DNA from: Octopus bimaculoides
Lineage: Eukaryota
Direction of reading: 5' to 3'
DNA: 64,000 nt
Assembly (NCBI RefSeq): GCF_001194135.2
Contig: NC_068984.1
Span: forward strand, 76,419,012 to 76,483,011
The notes below the pieces were generated by a model that saw only the letters and a list, made by a program, of their open reading frames with translations, searched no databases and was not told the origin of the DNA. The translations under genes and the position numbers were made by a program. Positions 38,746 to 51,179 of this stretch are shown here, piece after piece. Within the stretch, counting starts at the first letter, position 1, and the number at the start of each line of letters is the position of its first letter.

Positions 38746-40413
38746 ACATTGCCCCTCTCCCATCCTCTTTTTGTTTAAAAATTATTACAACCGATCAAAC
38801 GAGCGTCCAGTACATGTCTGATACTTATTTATCGATCCTGGAGGGATAAATGGCAAAGTCAATTCTGTCGGAGTTTGAACTTACTACTTTGAAAGTTGTA
38901 GCTAAACACCATTTATTTCAATACTGCTTTCTTTTATGTTTCTGATGATCTTTTCTTTTTTTTTTCCTGAGGTCTTTTCAAAAGTGACAAGTTATAATTT
39001 TCAACAAGGAATGTCAACATCATCATCAGTTTGCTCAAGCATTAATGATGTTGAATATCAGTATTCATGCACATTTGTGCATATATGCACACGTGTGTAT
39101 ATGTACACATATACAGTCTTCCTACCTTAATAACAGATACTATGTAGCATAATTTAAAAATGGAATTTATTTCAGTATAGTCTGAGAGTGAATGAAATCA
39201 ATGGTTTTGGTTTGCATTAAGCTAAACTTCTCATTGAGATTGTTAAATTTGGTAGAGCATCAGATAGAAGGCATTGTGATATTTACTTATGTCCCTAATA
39301 TTTAGTTCAAATCTTGTCATGGTTGACTTTGCCTTTCATTTTTCTAGTACTAGTAAAGTATTAGTCAAGTGCCGAGGTTAATATAATGAGCTATATACCT
39401 TCTCTTTAAAACTGATGGTTTTGGACCCTGTGCTTAGAAATTATGAGTAAAGTCCTTGACAATAGTTTGTATATATGCATATATGTTAGTATAATAATGT
39501 CTTGGAATATCAGTAAATCTTGTGTATGTTTTACAATTTTGTGTCTACGTATGTTATGTTTTATATAGACAAAAAGAGGGTGGAGTCATTGACACTGACA
39601 ATGCATTGCTATAGATGATTAGTAGATCTGTAAGTTGATACAGTCAGCTTTCTGTGTCTAGTGGTAATAAAAAAAAGAAAAAACCCCTCATCAATTTACC
39701 AGATTTTCTTTTGATAGCCACAAATTCAAGAGATGTTTTTCTTTCAGCTAATCATACTTACAGTGCTTGCTGCTCTCATTTCACCTTTACTGTATGTAAG
39801 CAGTTTGAGTGTCTCTCTGACCACCCAATATATGCTCCACTGAAGATATGACTCTAAGAACAAAATATGTTTATTGACTAGAGTAAGTGCCCAGCAATAG
39901 CTGCATTCTTTAGTTGAATACACCTGAAGTGGCTGATCACAGATTGGTCAGAAATAGACATGTGATGTGCAGAAGCTATCAAGCCATAATGAGCATTTTT
40001 TGTTCAAAACTTGACACATTTCTCAAAGTTTACTTTCTTGGTTAAAAATAATCATGTGACATGCAAATCGATCAGGCTTTGGGATTCATTCTTTTTGTGT
40101 TCTGGAAAAGGACACCAAAATAATGCATAATGTATGTGTGTGTATATATGTGTATGTCTATATCATCATCATTTAAAGTCCACTTTTCCATGCTTACATG
40201 GATCATATGGAATTTGTTGAGGCAGATTTTCTATGGCTGTATGCACTTCCGGTTGCCAACATACACATGGTTTCAAGCAAGGCAATGTTTTTTGCATAGC
40301 TTGACGTTTTTCACAGAAGGCTGGAAATTAGCAACCTTGCTTGTGTGATGATGATGCCTATTTATGACCGTCATGTGATGCCTAGACACACAGTGTGTGT
40401 GTGTGTGTGTGTG

Positions 40414-40458
<45 letters not shown>

Positions 40459-41432
40459 ATATATATCATCATCGTTTAATGTCTGCCTTCCATGCTAGCA
40501 TGGGTGGAACTATATATANNNNNNNNNNNNNNNNNNNNNNNNNNNNNNNNNNNNNNNNNNNNNNNNNNNNNNNNNNNNNNNNNNNNNNNNNNNNNNNNNN
40601 NNNNNNNNNNNNNNNNNNNNNNNNNNNNNNNNNNNNNNNNNNNNNNNNNNNNNNNNNNNNNNNNNNNNNNNNNNNNNNNNNNNNNNNNNNNNNNNNNNNN
40701 NNNNNNNNNNNNNNNNNNNNNAAAAATTTCGTTGAGGATTTTTACCTTTGTAAATTATTTATGTGCTTGTTTGGCTGTTTCACATTACTTTATTAATTAA
40801 AACATCAAAACTTCCTACAACTTTTGTCTTTGTAATGTTTTTTGCTTTCATTTTATGATAGACAGCTATTATGCAGAAACTGTCAGCTTCCACTTCCTGT
40901 TTTTTGATTAGGTAAAAATGATCAAACTTTAAACCTTTGTATCATTTTTAAAAGATTTTCCTGGAGGAAATAAATAACAAAATTGGATTTAGCATGAAAA
41001 ATTACATCAATATACCAAATTTGAAAATTTTCACTTTATTTTAAGACTTCAAAATCTGTGCCAGCAACAGGAAAGGTAGATAGACAGTTGTAAGACATGA
41101 CACACTAATACACACACATGCTCAGGTAATCATGAGTTTAAAATGGTGTCTTCAATATTGGTGATATAGAAGTTGAGTTATTTGTTTTAGCAAATGAATT
41201 ATACTTTTTGTTATCTAGTAGTCTCTAAAGAAATTAGAAGATGAGTAGCTTGTGAGAGCTGTACACGCCATGTACAGTGGTGCTGTCAGTAGGGTGAGAG
41301 TCAGCAATAAATACAGTAATAAATTTAGTGTACAAATAGGGATTCACCGAAGCTCAGTCCACTCCTATTCACCATAGTCCACCAGGCCATAACAGGGGAA
41401 TTTAAAACTGGCTTCCTGTGGGAATTGCTATA

Positions 41433-41649
41433 TGAGAGAGTACTGAAAGGTTCCTGGCTTGGGTAAAAGAAAATACAGGAGGATCAGCTAAGTATGATTT
41501 TATTGAACATATTCCCCTCTCAGATTCACACACTTATTGCAGTGGTCCTTCAGTTTTTCTAAGCCTTGTAAAAGAACTTAGAAAATTGGACCTCCAACCA
41601 GGCCTTTCATAATACCCTTTAAAGCCAGGAACTTTACAACACCCCCTTG
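41433..41649 (-). mobile_element. Mariner-derived MITE inserted in the RTE YADD codon
   Basis: TA duplicated (41431-41432, 41650-41651). Reverse complement of 8938-9155. Removing it restores GAA TTG CTA TAT GCT GAT GAC (ELLYADD). Confidence 0.9.
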
Positions 41650-41841
41650 TATGCTGATGACCTTGCTCTTATTGCAGAATCTGTTTCTGAATTGGAGAAG
41701 AAATTTCTGGTAGGGAAGCAAAACCTGAAATCAAAGTGCCTCAAAGTTAACCTGGCAAAGACCAAAGTTAGTAAGGAAGTGTATAAGACTCTCTTTCCAT
41801 CAAGTAAATGGCCCTGCTCAATATGTAGGAAAGGAGTTTAA

Positions 41842-42061
41842 CCCTTTCATTAGCAGCCTGGCTGAAACTGGCTCTGGCTCTGAGTACAAATGTCTTGTTT
41901 TCATAAGTTTTGAATTAAAATCTTCCACCAAACCTTAGTCACAATTTATGTTCCTAACACTAGCTGAATGATAACTAAGTTATTTTACTAAATTCTTTGT
42001 TATATTGAAAGTAATTGAGAGAAACACAGAACATCTCGAAATAAATACAGTAACGAAAGGG
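41842..42061 (+). mobile_element. piggyBac-like MITE family 2
   Basis: TTAA at 41838-41841 and 42062-42065. TIR CCCTTTCATTA versus TAACGAAAGGG (10/11). Related decayed copies at about 1410-1570, 18510-18745 and 54400-54570. Confidence 0.85.
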
Positions 42062-43972
42062 TTAAAGAAATTCCATTCATTGCAGTCAGTGCAAGCTATG
42101 GACACATAAGAAGTGCAGTAGAATCACAGGTAGATTGACAGAGGAAGTCCTCTTAGCAGGAACCATAAGCATTAAGGACACACTAAAATTAGACTCTCTC
42201 AAATACCTAGGAGGCTCTGTTGAGGTTGTGGATAGTTTCTATTACTTAGGTGATCAAATTAGCAATGGTGAAGGATGTTCTGAAGTATTGTTTCTAGAAT
42301 AAGAGTAGGATGGAGGAAGTTCAGAAAGCTGTTACCTCTGTTGGCAACAAAAAGATTCTTTCTCAGCATGAAAGGCAGATTGTATGATGTTTGTGTATGA
42401 ATGGCTATGCTCCATGGTAGTGAGACATGGGCTCTAAGTGCAGAAGACATGCATAGACTAGTATGCTTCGATGGATATGCAATGTCAGGGTGTATGTATA
42501 ACAAAATGCAAATGTGCTGAGACAAAAATTGAGCATAAGAGGAATCAAATGCAGCATGCAAGAGGGAAGACTATGTTGGTTTGGACATGTGATGCATATA
42601 AATGAAAACAGCTGTATAAAAAAGTGCTGATCACTCAAAGTGGCCAGTACCTGTAGAAGATGGAGATCCAGTGAGGACTGATCTCAGGATGTTGGACTTC
42701 ACGGAAGAGATGATGATGGACTGAGATGTCTGGTGAACATACAAGTTAGATTCTCACCAAGAAACAGAACAGAATGGCTATTACCAAAACCTCTTCTAGT
42801 GAAAAAAGCACTATGTAACATAGGTTAGTGGATAGTGACTTCAGTGTTGGAGCTAGGTGGACACAGAAATAAAATCTATGATGCTTGATATAACAGATTT
42901 TTCACAGCAAGTTCAAGTAAATGGGACCAGTTACAATACCATAAAAAAAAAACAAAACAATGGTTCAATTAATCCTATTGCTGATAAGCTGCATTGTACT
43001 GTAACTCTTGGTAAATCATCATGTTTCCATAATATGTGGATTCTCAAATGTGGCGGTTAATCAAGCCATTTAGTTTAAATGTAGCCTTATCACCCCAAAC
43101 TATCTTCCTTTGAAAGTATGCATCTACAACACACCTTGCCAAATGCCACTCCTAAAACTCCACTTTGGACTGGATCATTGACTTGGAGAGCATGGATTAT
43201 TCTTGGAATGCAACTTTTCCTCTGACGTCACTTCAAAGTTCTATGGATGCTTCATTTTGAAATACCAACCTCATGACTTACTGCACAAATTTTCTTGAAC
43301 TCAGACAATATATTTCTAGACCCTTTTCTTGCTTTGTGAGACTTATTGATGTCCGCAGTCTTCTGGAACAGTTCTGTCTGTTTCAAACTTTATCTCTATT
43401 ACAAGTGATAAGTTGTGTAGATGGATCTGTTTGAAACCCCCTCCTAAGTCCTTAAACTTCAACTGTGTTTTCAAACTTCTAGTAGTCTAGTTTCTTTTGT
43501 TTTTTTTCTAATGGGTTATATCTAAAAAGAAATGTCAATTGAGTTATCAGCTGTTAAAGTGTGTATACATTTTCTTGGTAACACCCTTTATATATGTATT
43601 TGGGCTTTTTTCAGTTTCAGTCAACCAAATTTCACTCGTGAGTTATTGGTCAGTCCCACAGCTATACTAGAAGGTGAGTGTTTATGCACTCTTGAACCTC
43701 AGATCACATTCTGAAGTGAAATTCTTTGACATATAACCATCCCTTTGCCTATATGTATATACATTTATGTATGTATAGACGTATGTTTATATATGTGGGG
43801 CCTGGTGCAGCCTCCTGGCTTCCCAGACCCCAGTCGAACCGTCCAACCCATGCCAGCATGGAAAATGGATGTTAAACGATGATGATGATTTATATTCATA
43901 CATGTATGTGTGTTTTTGTTATGTGTTTGTGTGTATATATATTTGTATATATATATGTATGTATATAGACAA

Positions 43973-44118
43973 AGGCATGGCTATGTGGTAAGAAGCTTGC
44001 TTCCTAACCACATGGTTCCGGGTTCAGTCTCACTGTGTGGCACTTTGGACAAGTGTCTTGTACTATAACCTTGGGGTAACCAAAGCCTTGTGAATAGATT
44101 TGGTAAACGGAAACTGTC

Positions 44119-44163
<45 letters not shown>

Positions 44164-44365
44164 CGTGTCTGTATATCTTTGTGTTTGTGCTCCCATCACT
44201 GCTTGACAACCAGTGTTGTGTTTTTGTTCCAGTTCAGCAAAAGAGACCAATAGAATAAGTACTAGGCTTAAGAAATAAGTCCTGGAGTGATTTGTTTGGC
44301 TAAAACCTTTGAAGGCGGTGCTCCAGCATGGCCACAGTCAGATTACTAAAACAAAAGAATAAAAA
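43973..44365 (+). mobile_element. tRNA-derived SINE family A, near full length
   Basis: Same head, body and tail as 26275-26650, on the plus strand. Confidence 0.8.
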
Positions 44366-45359
44366 AAATATCCATAAACGCACTCTCACATGCACATGTG
44401 TGTGTGTTCTAAATATAATTTGTTACGTATTAAGTGGTCAACATATGGAATTTCTGTAAAGATTTCTGTGAAGAGGTATATTGCCACCTACACACTTTTA
44501 CATTATATTTTCAACAGCAATTTTTACTGTGACTTACTGAACTGTTACAACCCAAGAGGAAGTTTTATTTAACATTTGAGTATTTCTAGTGACTACCAAA
44601 AATATCCATAGCACATACTCTCTGCTACTAAGTGGAGCCAGGTTTCTTTTCTATACTTCAGAATGTTGGAATTAACATTTCCTCTTTTTAACAAAAATTC
44701 AGAACATCTTTATGATGCTAAAATTCAAAGACTCTGTCTAATTGTCTTTAGATTTTCTACAAAACCATATTTTGTGGTGATAAAGTTTCGACTAATCTAC
44801 TCTTACACACTGAAAAAGTTTTAGAAGTTCTGAGACTTGGAACTTCCAAAACAAGAAACTTTTTCCCTTTTTATATTAACATATTACAGAAAATTTTCTT
44901 CATTCCTGTGAATAGTAGATGACAAAATAACTCGTACAGAGGCACACACACATACTTAATACAATAGCAAAAGATATACATACATAAGACAGACACACAT
45001 ATCTCATAATAATGTCTATTAAGTCAGGAAACAAAAAATGTAAACTCAATGTTGACAACATAAAATGTGATGCAAGTATTTTCTTGTCTTCACTATTGTT
45101 TTAACGACAACTTTTCTATACTGACATGGGTCAGACAGAATTTGTCAAGGTGCATGTTCTATGGCTGGATGCTCATCCTCACCAGTTTCCTACTAAGGTA
45201 ATATTTCCGCTTGACCAGACCTGTTTTCATGGAAGATTGGAAATGGATACTGCATGTATGATGCTAACACTTGTTTACAACAATCACGTGATGTCAAGAC
45301 AAGGAGACAGTAACACACATGTGTGTATGTGTGTAATATATATCTATATATGTATGTAT

Positions 45360-46160
45360 ATCTCATCATCTTCACCTGCACTTCTAGCAACTGCATCTCC
45401 TGCTCTCTCTGTCCTTCTCTATACATCGGTCAATCAGGACGCCACTTGGCTGACCAGTTCGCGGAACACATCCAAGACATCCGACTTGGCAACAACACCC
45501 CAGTCTCATGCCATTTCCGCTCTACCGGTCACTCTTTACACCACTTGTCTGCGTTTGGATTGTCCTTGCACAGGGGCCATCCGGATTCCTTCTGGACTCT
45601 CGTCTTCGCTGTGAGCAGGGATTAATCTTCTCTCTTCGCTCCTTTGTGCCACATGGGCTCAATTTTCCTCCCCTCTTCATCTAACCCTCCTCTCTCACCT
45701 ACTTCCTCGCACCACACCACATCACACCACCCCGCACACACTAGCATTGACCACTTCCCAGCACCCACACCAGCGCACACACTAGCACCTACACCATCAT
45801 CCACACATCTACACATGCACACACGCACATGTCAATGTCACCAGCCCCCTTCCTCACGCACATACATGCTCTCACATATGCACGCACACCTTCGTTTTGG
45901 GATCACCACTACTTTATTATCTCCCCTTCTTCCTAGCTCTCCTGTGTGACCCCTCTGTCCAGCATTCGCCATGATAGATCGCTAGCCACTAAACCTTTTT
46001 CTATTTTCTCTCCCTGTTTATTTCTGTGTTCCTTTCTGTCGAAGAGCATAGGCTTGAAACGTAAAAGACTTTCTCACTTCCCAAGCGTTAAACTAATACA
46101 TCTGTTTGTTATTCACACACCTGTCTTCGTCTTTTGTTTTTTTGTAAATTCTCACTATAT
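45360..46160 (+). mobile_element. Penelope-like element 3' part: GIY-YIG endonuclease remnant plus terminal repeat region
   Basis: CISCSLCPSLYIGQSGRHLADQFAEHIQDIRLGNNTPVSCHFRSTGHS has the YIGQTGR..RF.EH and VA.HF motifs of PLE GIY-YIG domains. Followed by a C-rich UTR and a hammerhead-like motif. Confidence 0.85.
46032..46067 (+). ncRNA. Minimal type I hammerhead ribozyme-like motif with a variant core
   Basis: CTTT-CTGTCGA-A-GAGC(ATAG)GCTT-GAAA-CGT-A-AAAG: stems I and II pair and stem III is the palindromic ACGT type. The core has T at A6, so activity is doubtful. Confidence 0.55.
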
Positions 46161-47139
46161 CTCATCATTTAATGTCCAATTTCTATGCTAGCATGGGTTG
46201 GACAGTTTGACAGGAGCTGGTAAACCAGAAGATTGCACTAGGCTTCACTGTCTGTTTTCTTCTAATGTCAACTACACACATATACGTATGTACATACATA
46301 CATACATATACACACACAAAAGTCTTCTTTCAGTTTCTGTCTACCAAAACCACTGAAAAGGCTTCGGTCATCTTCTTGTTGTTGAGAACACTTGGCCATG
46401 TTGTCATCTAGTGACATTGAACCTAGAACCATGTAATTGGGAAGTAAGCTGCTTACCATACAACACCTGCACCTAACTAAATTTTTATTAGGTTAAGTTT
46501 CAAAGTCACAATAAATTTTTTTTTTTTTTGCATAAATCCCATATTTTTCTATCTATCTATCCATCCATATATGTTTGTATGTGATTGTATGTATATATGT
46601 ATACATAAATGTGTGTAAGTTTGAGGGGGACTTTTTTAATGGGTAATAAACTCACAAAGCTAACATCTCACTTTAAGTCAACTTGATAAATGATCTTTTG
46701 TAAGGTAGTACCATTCATTTAGCTTACTCTTTGTTCTGATCTGTTACCTAGTTCCCTTCATTACATGTAATTACATTTTGTCTTGGAACACCCACTTTCT
46801 GCTATCATTTCTCTGAATTTTATAGTTAATAGCCTAAAGATTTGATTGACTGATCATGAACTATCCCACTTTAATAGGTATTGTTAGTTGATTTTATATA
46901 CTGTTTTGAACTCAAAGATAGGTATTGCCAATTGATTTTTATATGCTGTTTTGGACTCAATATAATGGCATATCAGTTTCTACTCACTTGAACTAAGGTA
47001 TAACCTGAGGATTTGAGAGTTTATATGTAACGTATTGCATAACCATATTGGTATTTCATGTATATATATAAATTTTTTTGTATGATGTTTACATCACAAA
47101 GTCTCTGAATTGTAGTTAGGTCAGGTATGTGCTGTTGCA

Positions 47140-47535
47140 GTGCATTTCTGCATCCGTTGTTTGTTGGTATTTGCTTGGGTCATCCTGGACAACTCTCGGA
47201 TCAGTGTCTCCCAGTCAGTCCCCATCTCTGTTAAATACTTCTTCATACACCGTGATCATGTGGCATGTGACTGACCAACGCATTCTGTCACCCCGGTCAT
47301 CTTCAGAAAAGAAGACACTATATGCAGGATCCAAGTTGGAAAATTGAGCAACAGTCTGAGCTGATGCTCCAGAATCCTACAAGTAACAGGACACATTCCA
47401 AATTCTGAGTGTTGTTGGTGGCTGTATATGAAATCCAAACAATGATAATCCGTAATCCTGCAAAGTGTCCTGGTATGAAAGGAGTTAAGGCAGCTCCCAA
47501 GGGCCCTGGACAGTACCCAAGTCTCACCAACTATT
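47140..47535 (-). mobile_element. Old LINE (RTE-like) C-terminal fragment
   Basis: GETWVLSRALGSCLNSFHTRTLCRI...ILEHQLRL resembles the post-RT YG.ETW.L...LDAFH.RCLRRIL...RRLR region. Confidence 0.6.
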
Positions 47536-47556
47536 GAGCAAAACAAAGATCAGAGA

Positions 47557-48275
47557 CATCATCATCATCGTTTAACGTCCGCTTTCCATGCTAGCATGGG
47601 TTGGACGATTTGACTGAGGACTGGTGAAACCGGATGGCAACACCAGGCTCCAGTCTGATTTGGCAGAGTTTCTACAGCTGGATGCCCTTCCTAACGCCAA
47701 CCACTCAGAGAGTGTAGTGGGTGCTTTTACGTGTCACCCGCACGAAAACGGCCACGCTCGAAATGGTGTCTTTTATGTGCCACCCGCNNNNNNNNNNNNN
47801 NNNNNNNNNNNNNNNNNNNNNNNNNNNNNNNNNNNNNNNNNNNNNNNNNNNNNNNNNNNNNNNNNNNNNNNNNNNNNNNNNNNNNNNNNNNNNNNNNNNN
47901 NNNNNNNNNNNNNNNNNNNNNNNNNNNNNNNNNNNNNNNNNNNNNNCCCGCACAAGCCAGTCCAGGGGCACTGGCAACGATCTTACTTGGCTTGTCGGGT
48001 CTTCTCACGCACAGCCCATTTCCAAAGGTCTCGGTCCGTAGTCATCGCCTCGGTGAGGCCCAATGTACGAAGGTCTTGCCTCACCACCTCAGCCCAGGTC
48101 TTCCTGGGCCTACCTCTTCCACGGGTTCCCTCAACTGTTAGGGTGTGGCACTTTTTCACGCAGCTATCCTCCTCCATTCTCACCACATGTCCATACCAGC
48201 GCAATCGTCTCTCTTTCACGCCACAACTGATGCTTCTAATGTTCAGCTTTTCTCTCAAGATACTTACACTCTGAC
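47557..48275 (-). mobile_element. Young 5'-truncated RTE LINE, copy 1 (contains an N-gap)
   Basis: Intact ORF end REKLNIRSISCGVKERRLRWYGHVVRM...GRGRPRKTWAEVVRQDL...EKTRQAK*, then 3'UTR and (GAT)n tail. CpGs intact. Confidence 0.92.
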
Positions 48276-48439
48276 ATACTCACACATATAACTACTTTAG
48301 GATCCACTTTTCCATGTTTGCATAGGCTGGATGGAATTTAGTGAGGCTGATTTCCTACAGCCAAATGCTCTTCCTGCTGCTAACCCTCACCAATTTACAC
48401 ACATTTTTGTGCCACTCTGTCTCTTTCCTTTACTTTGCT

Positions 48440-48955
48440 TCTCTCAATTTCCTTTTTTTCTTTCTGTCTGTCTGTCTCTGTCACCCTCCTCCCACTATCA
48501 CGTGTCATTCTTTTTCACATTGCCTTTGACTGGACTGGTCATGATTTTCTGACCTCACTTCTCTTAACTTCCTTTCTCTCTCTCTCCTGCTGTCTGTCTT
48601 TTTTACTCTCCTCCCACTATCACGTGATCCTTGACAGCATAAGGTGGTGTCATTCTCTTTAGCATTACCTTCGACTGGACTGGTCACGTTTTTCTGAACT
48701 CCTCACTCTACCCCTCCCGTGTTTATAGTCCTTTAGGGTTGTTTTCATTTCTCCTTCGAGTTACCCATTTTTGTCTTGTCTTGCAGCCCTAAGGCTTTTT
48801 TTGCTGTATATCTATTAATTTCATTTTAATTGTTGATTTTGTGTGGCCCTAAGCCTTTATTCTTTGTATTGTTTTGTTCTTCACCCGGTTACTAACGGTC
48901 TTGTATCGAGCCCGTCTTATTATGTTTTGGTCCCTTTCCTGGCAGGTTTCTTGCC
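48440..48955 (+). repeat. Repeat block with a duplicated unit of about 100 bp, possibly a Penelope-type terminal region
   Basis: CTCCTCCCACTATCACGTG...GACTGGACTGGTCA..TTTTCTGA occurs twice (about 48485-48560 and 48607-48700). Family assignment is tentative. Confidence 0.45.
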
Positions 48956-48965
48956 AGTGCCTCCA

Positions 48966-49352
48966 GGATCACTGCCAGAGCAGCGGTCTCACTCCCGTGG
49001 CAGTGGCACTTAAAAAGCACCATTTGAGCGCGATTGTTTCCAGCTTCGCTTTACTGGCATTTGTGCCGGTAGCATGTGAACAAAACATTGGACTGACACT
49101 TGTGCAGGTGGCACATAAAAAAACACCATTTGAGCGTGGCCATTGCTAGTACCGCTGGACTGGCCCTCATACCGGTGGCACGTAAAAAGTACCCGCTACA
49201 CTCTCGGAGTGGTTGGTGTTTGGAAGGGCATCCAGCTGTAGAAACTTTGCCAAATCAAATTGGTGTCTGGTGTAGCCATCCACTTCGCCAGTCCCTAGTC
49301 AAATCGTCCAACCCATGCTAGCATGGAAAGCGGACGTTAAATGATGATGATA
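48966..49352 (+). mobile_element. RTE 3'UTR-derived element with tandem modules and (GAT)n tail
   Basis: Three GGCAC.TAAAA...CACC modules, then TGGTTGGTGTTTGGAAGGGCATCC...GGACGTTAAATGATGATG. Confidence 0.8.
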
Positions 49353-51058
49353 TTCCTTTTTTGTGGTAAAAACAAATGTTTCATCATACACTCGGTATCC
49401 CATCCATAATATGGTTGCATTAGGTGCTTGACAATTTTTTGTTATGTTTAAGAATAAAAAAGTGAGTTCAGTACACTGGCATATGTATAAGTGTGTGTGG
49501 GTATATATAAATAAAATAAAACTAAACAAAACTGTGTTTTATGTTGATCATGCAGGTAGGGGGAATCCAAAACAAAAAAATGGAGTGGGAATGAGTGACG
49601 GTCATAGATGCTAAATGCTGTGTGAGAAACTTGCTTTGAAGTCACTGGTATTTTAATCAAAATGAAACTGCAAATGTTATCGTAAATTATATTTTATTAA
49701 TCATTTACACACACACACACACACAAAATTAAATATTAAACTCTTTTAAAGATATTATTGTTTGCATAACATTAATAAATTATATATACCTTCTTTCTTT
49801 TGTCTAAATCTGTTTTTCCATGCTTGCCCTTCCTGATACTAACACTAATTTCATTTTCCAAGTAATGGACAACTTATTTTACATGTCTTCAAAAAGGGGA
49901 GTTTATGGACATGGAGTTGTCAACAACAACCAATTTCATCTATCTTTCTCAGAAATGTAAACAAATATACACATGTACAAACACACAAGCATACACTCAC
50001 ACACATGAATACATACATATTGTATACATACATGTACATGCATGATTATATATAAAGCAGAAAAGATAGAGAAGCAAAAGTAAGTACAAGGAGTGTCTTC
50101 ACATGGAAAGTTGTGTATACAAATGAATGATGTAATCAAATCTTGATTTACACCATTCATTTGTTTGTATACACATCTTCCCGTGTGATTATACTACTGA
50201 CACTTACTTTTGTCTATGTTTTCTGTTGCTATAGCCACTCAGTGAAGATCATTTTTATAGTAGCTCTTGCCCTGAACTAATGAGTTGGAGTTTAAGTTTC
50301 AGATTTATCTGCGCACTGTTTGGTTACTGCCTCTACCATGTTTATTTTAGCATTCTTTAACACATTCTTTGTTATCATCATTTTTCATGCTGGCATTGGT
50401 TGGACAGTTTCTCACGATCTGGCAAGCTGCAGGGCCATGTTAAGCTCTAGTGTCACCTTTGGTGTGTTTTCTGTATGCCTTTTCTAATGCCAGCCACTTC
50501 ACAGTGTGTTCTTGGTGCCTTTTGTTTTTCATTGTTACTGGCACTAGTTAGGATGTTAAGTAACTTACAAGAAAAGAGAAGGAATAAAGAAAAGCTTCTT
50601 CAACTATGTGTATGGTGAGGTAGTACTTGAGAGGAGATGGTGGTTTTGTGCCAGGTGTTGAGAAACTGAAGTGTGATACAAGGACAAGTCAGGTGTCTTT
50701 CTACACTGCATTATATAAGGTTGATTGGGAGTAGCTGGAATGAAGATAGTGATGGTGAGATGTAAGAACATCTCATGATACAAGAGGGTGGATGTATGGA
50801 AGTATATAAAGAATGGATTAGATGGGGTAGAGAGAAAGAATAGTTTCATAAGACTGTAAGGGGAGAGTAATAAATGGTCAGATATGTGAGTGTAGTGAGT
50901 GATGAACAGATCAATGGGAAATATCTGTTTGGAATCTGAAGAAAATAGTAGTCCTGTGAAATTGACAATGAAAGGCCCCACCCAGCAACAGAATGAAGTG
51001 ATGGTAGTGGAGAGAGAGAGAGAGACACACACACACACACACACACACTCTCTCTCTT

Positions 51059-51103
<45 letters not shown>

Positions 51104-51147
51104 TTCTCTCTCTCTCTTACTCTCTCTCTCTTTCTCTCTCTCTCTTA

Positions 51148-51179
<32 letters not shown>

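Larger units (their letters stand above)
41220..42740 (+). mobile_element. Decayed RTE LINE (RT to C-terminus) carrying two nested MITEs
   Basis: Approximate, frameshift-corrected translation: RAVHAMYSGAVSRVRV...WELL|YADDLALIAES...WPCSICRKGV|RNSIHCSQCKLWTHKKCS...FYYLGDQISN...MLHGSETWAL...WFGHVM. Confidence 0.9.

Noticed and set aside
43223-43230. Second CRE palindrome TGACGTCA
   Set aside because: Isolated in CpG-poor intronic sequence with no other promoter features; an 8-mer is expected by chance at about this frequency.
45323-45625. Host GIY-YIG nuclease gene
   Set aside because: No splice signals, truncated, and flanked by Penelope-type terminal sequence, so it is a retroelement remnant.
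48966-49200. CRISPR-like repeat/spacer array
   Set aside because: The units are degenerate tandem modules of a LINE 3'UTR without unique spacers, in a eukaryotic intron.
50604-51044. 146-aa minus-strand ORF
   Set aside because: It begins in a microsatellite and has biased composition with no recognisable domain; probably a decayed repeat.
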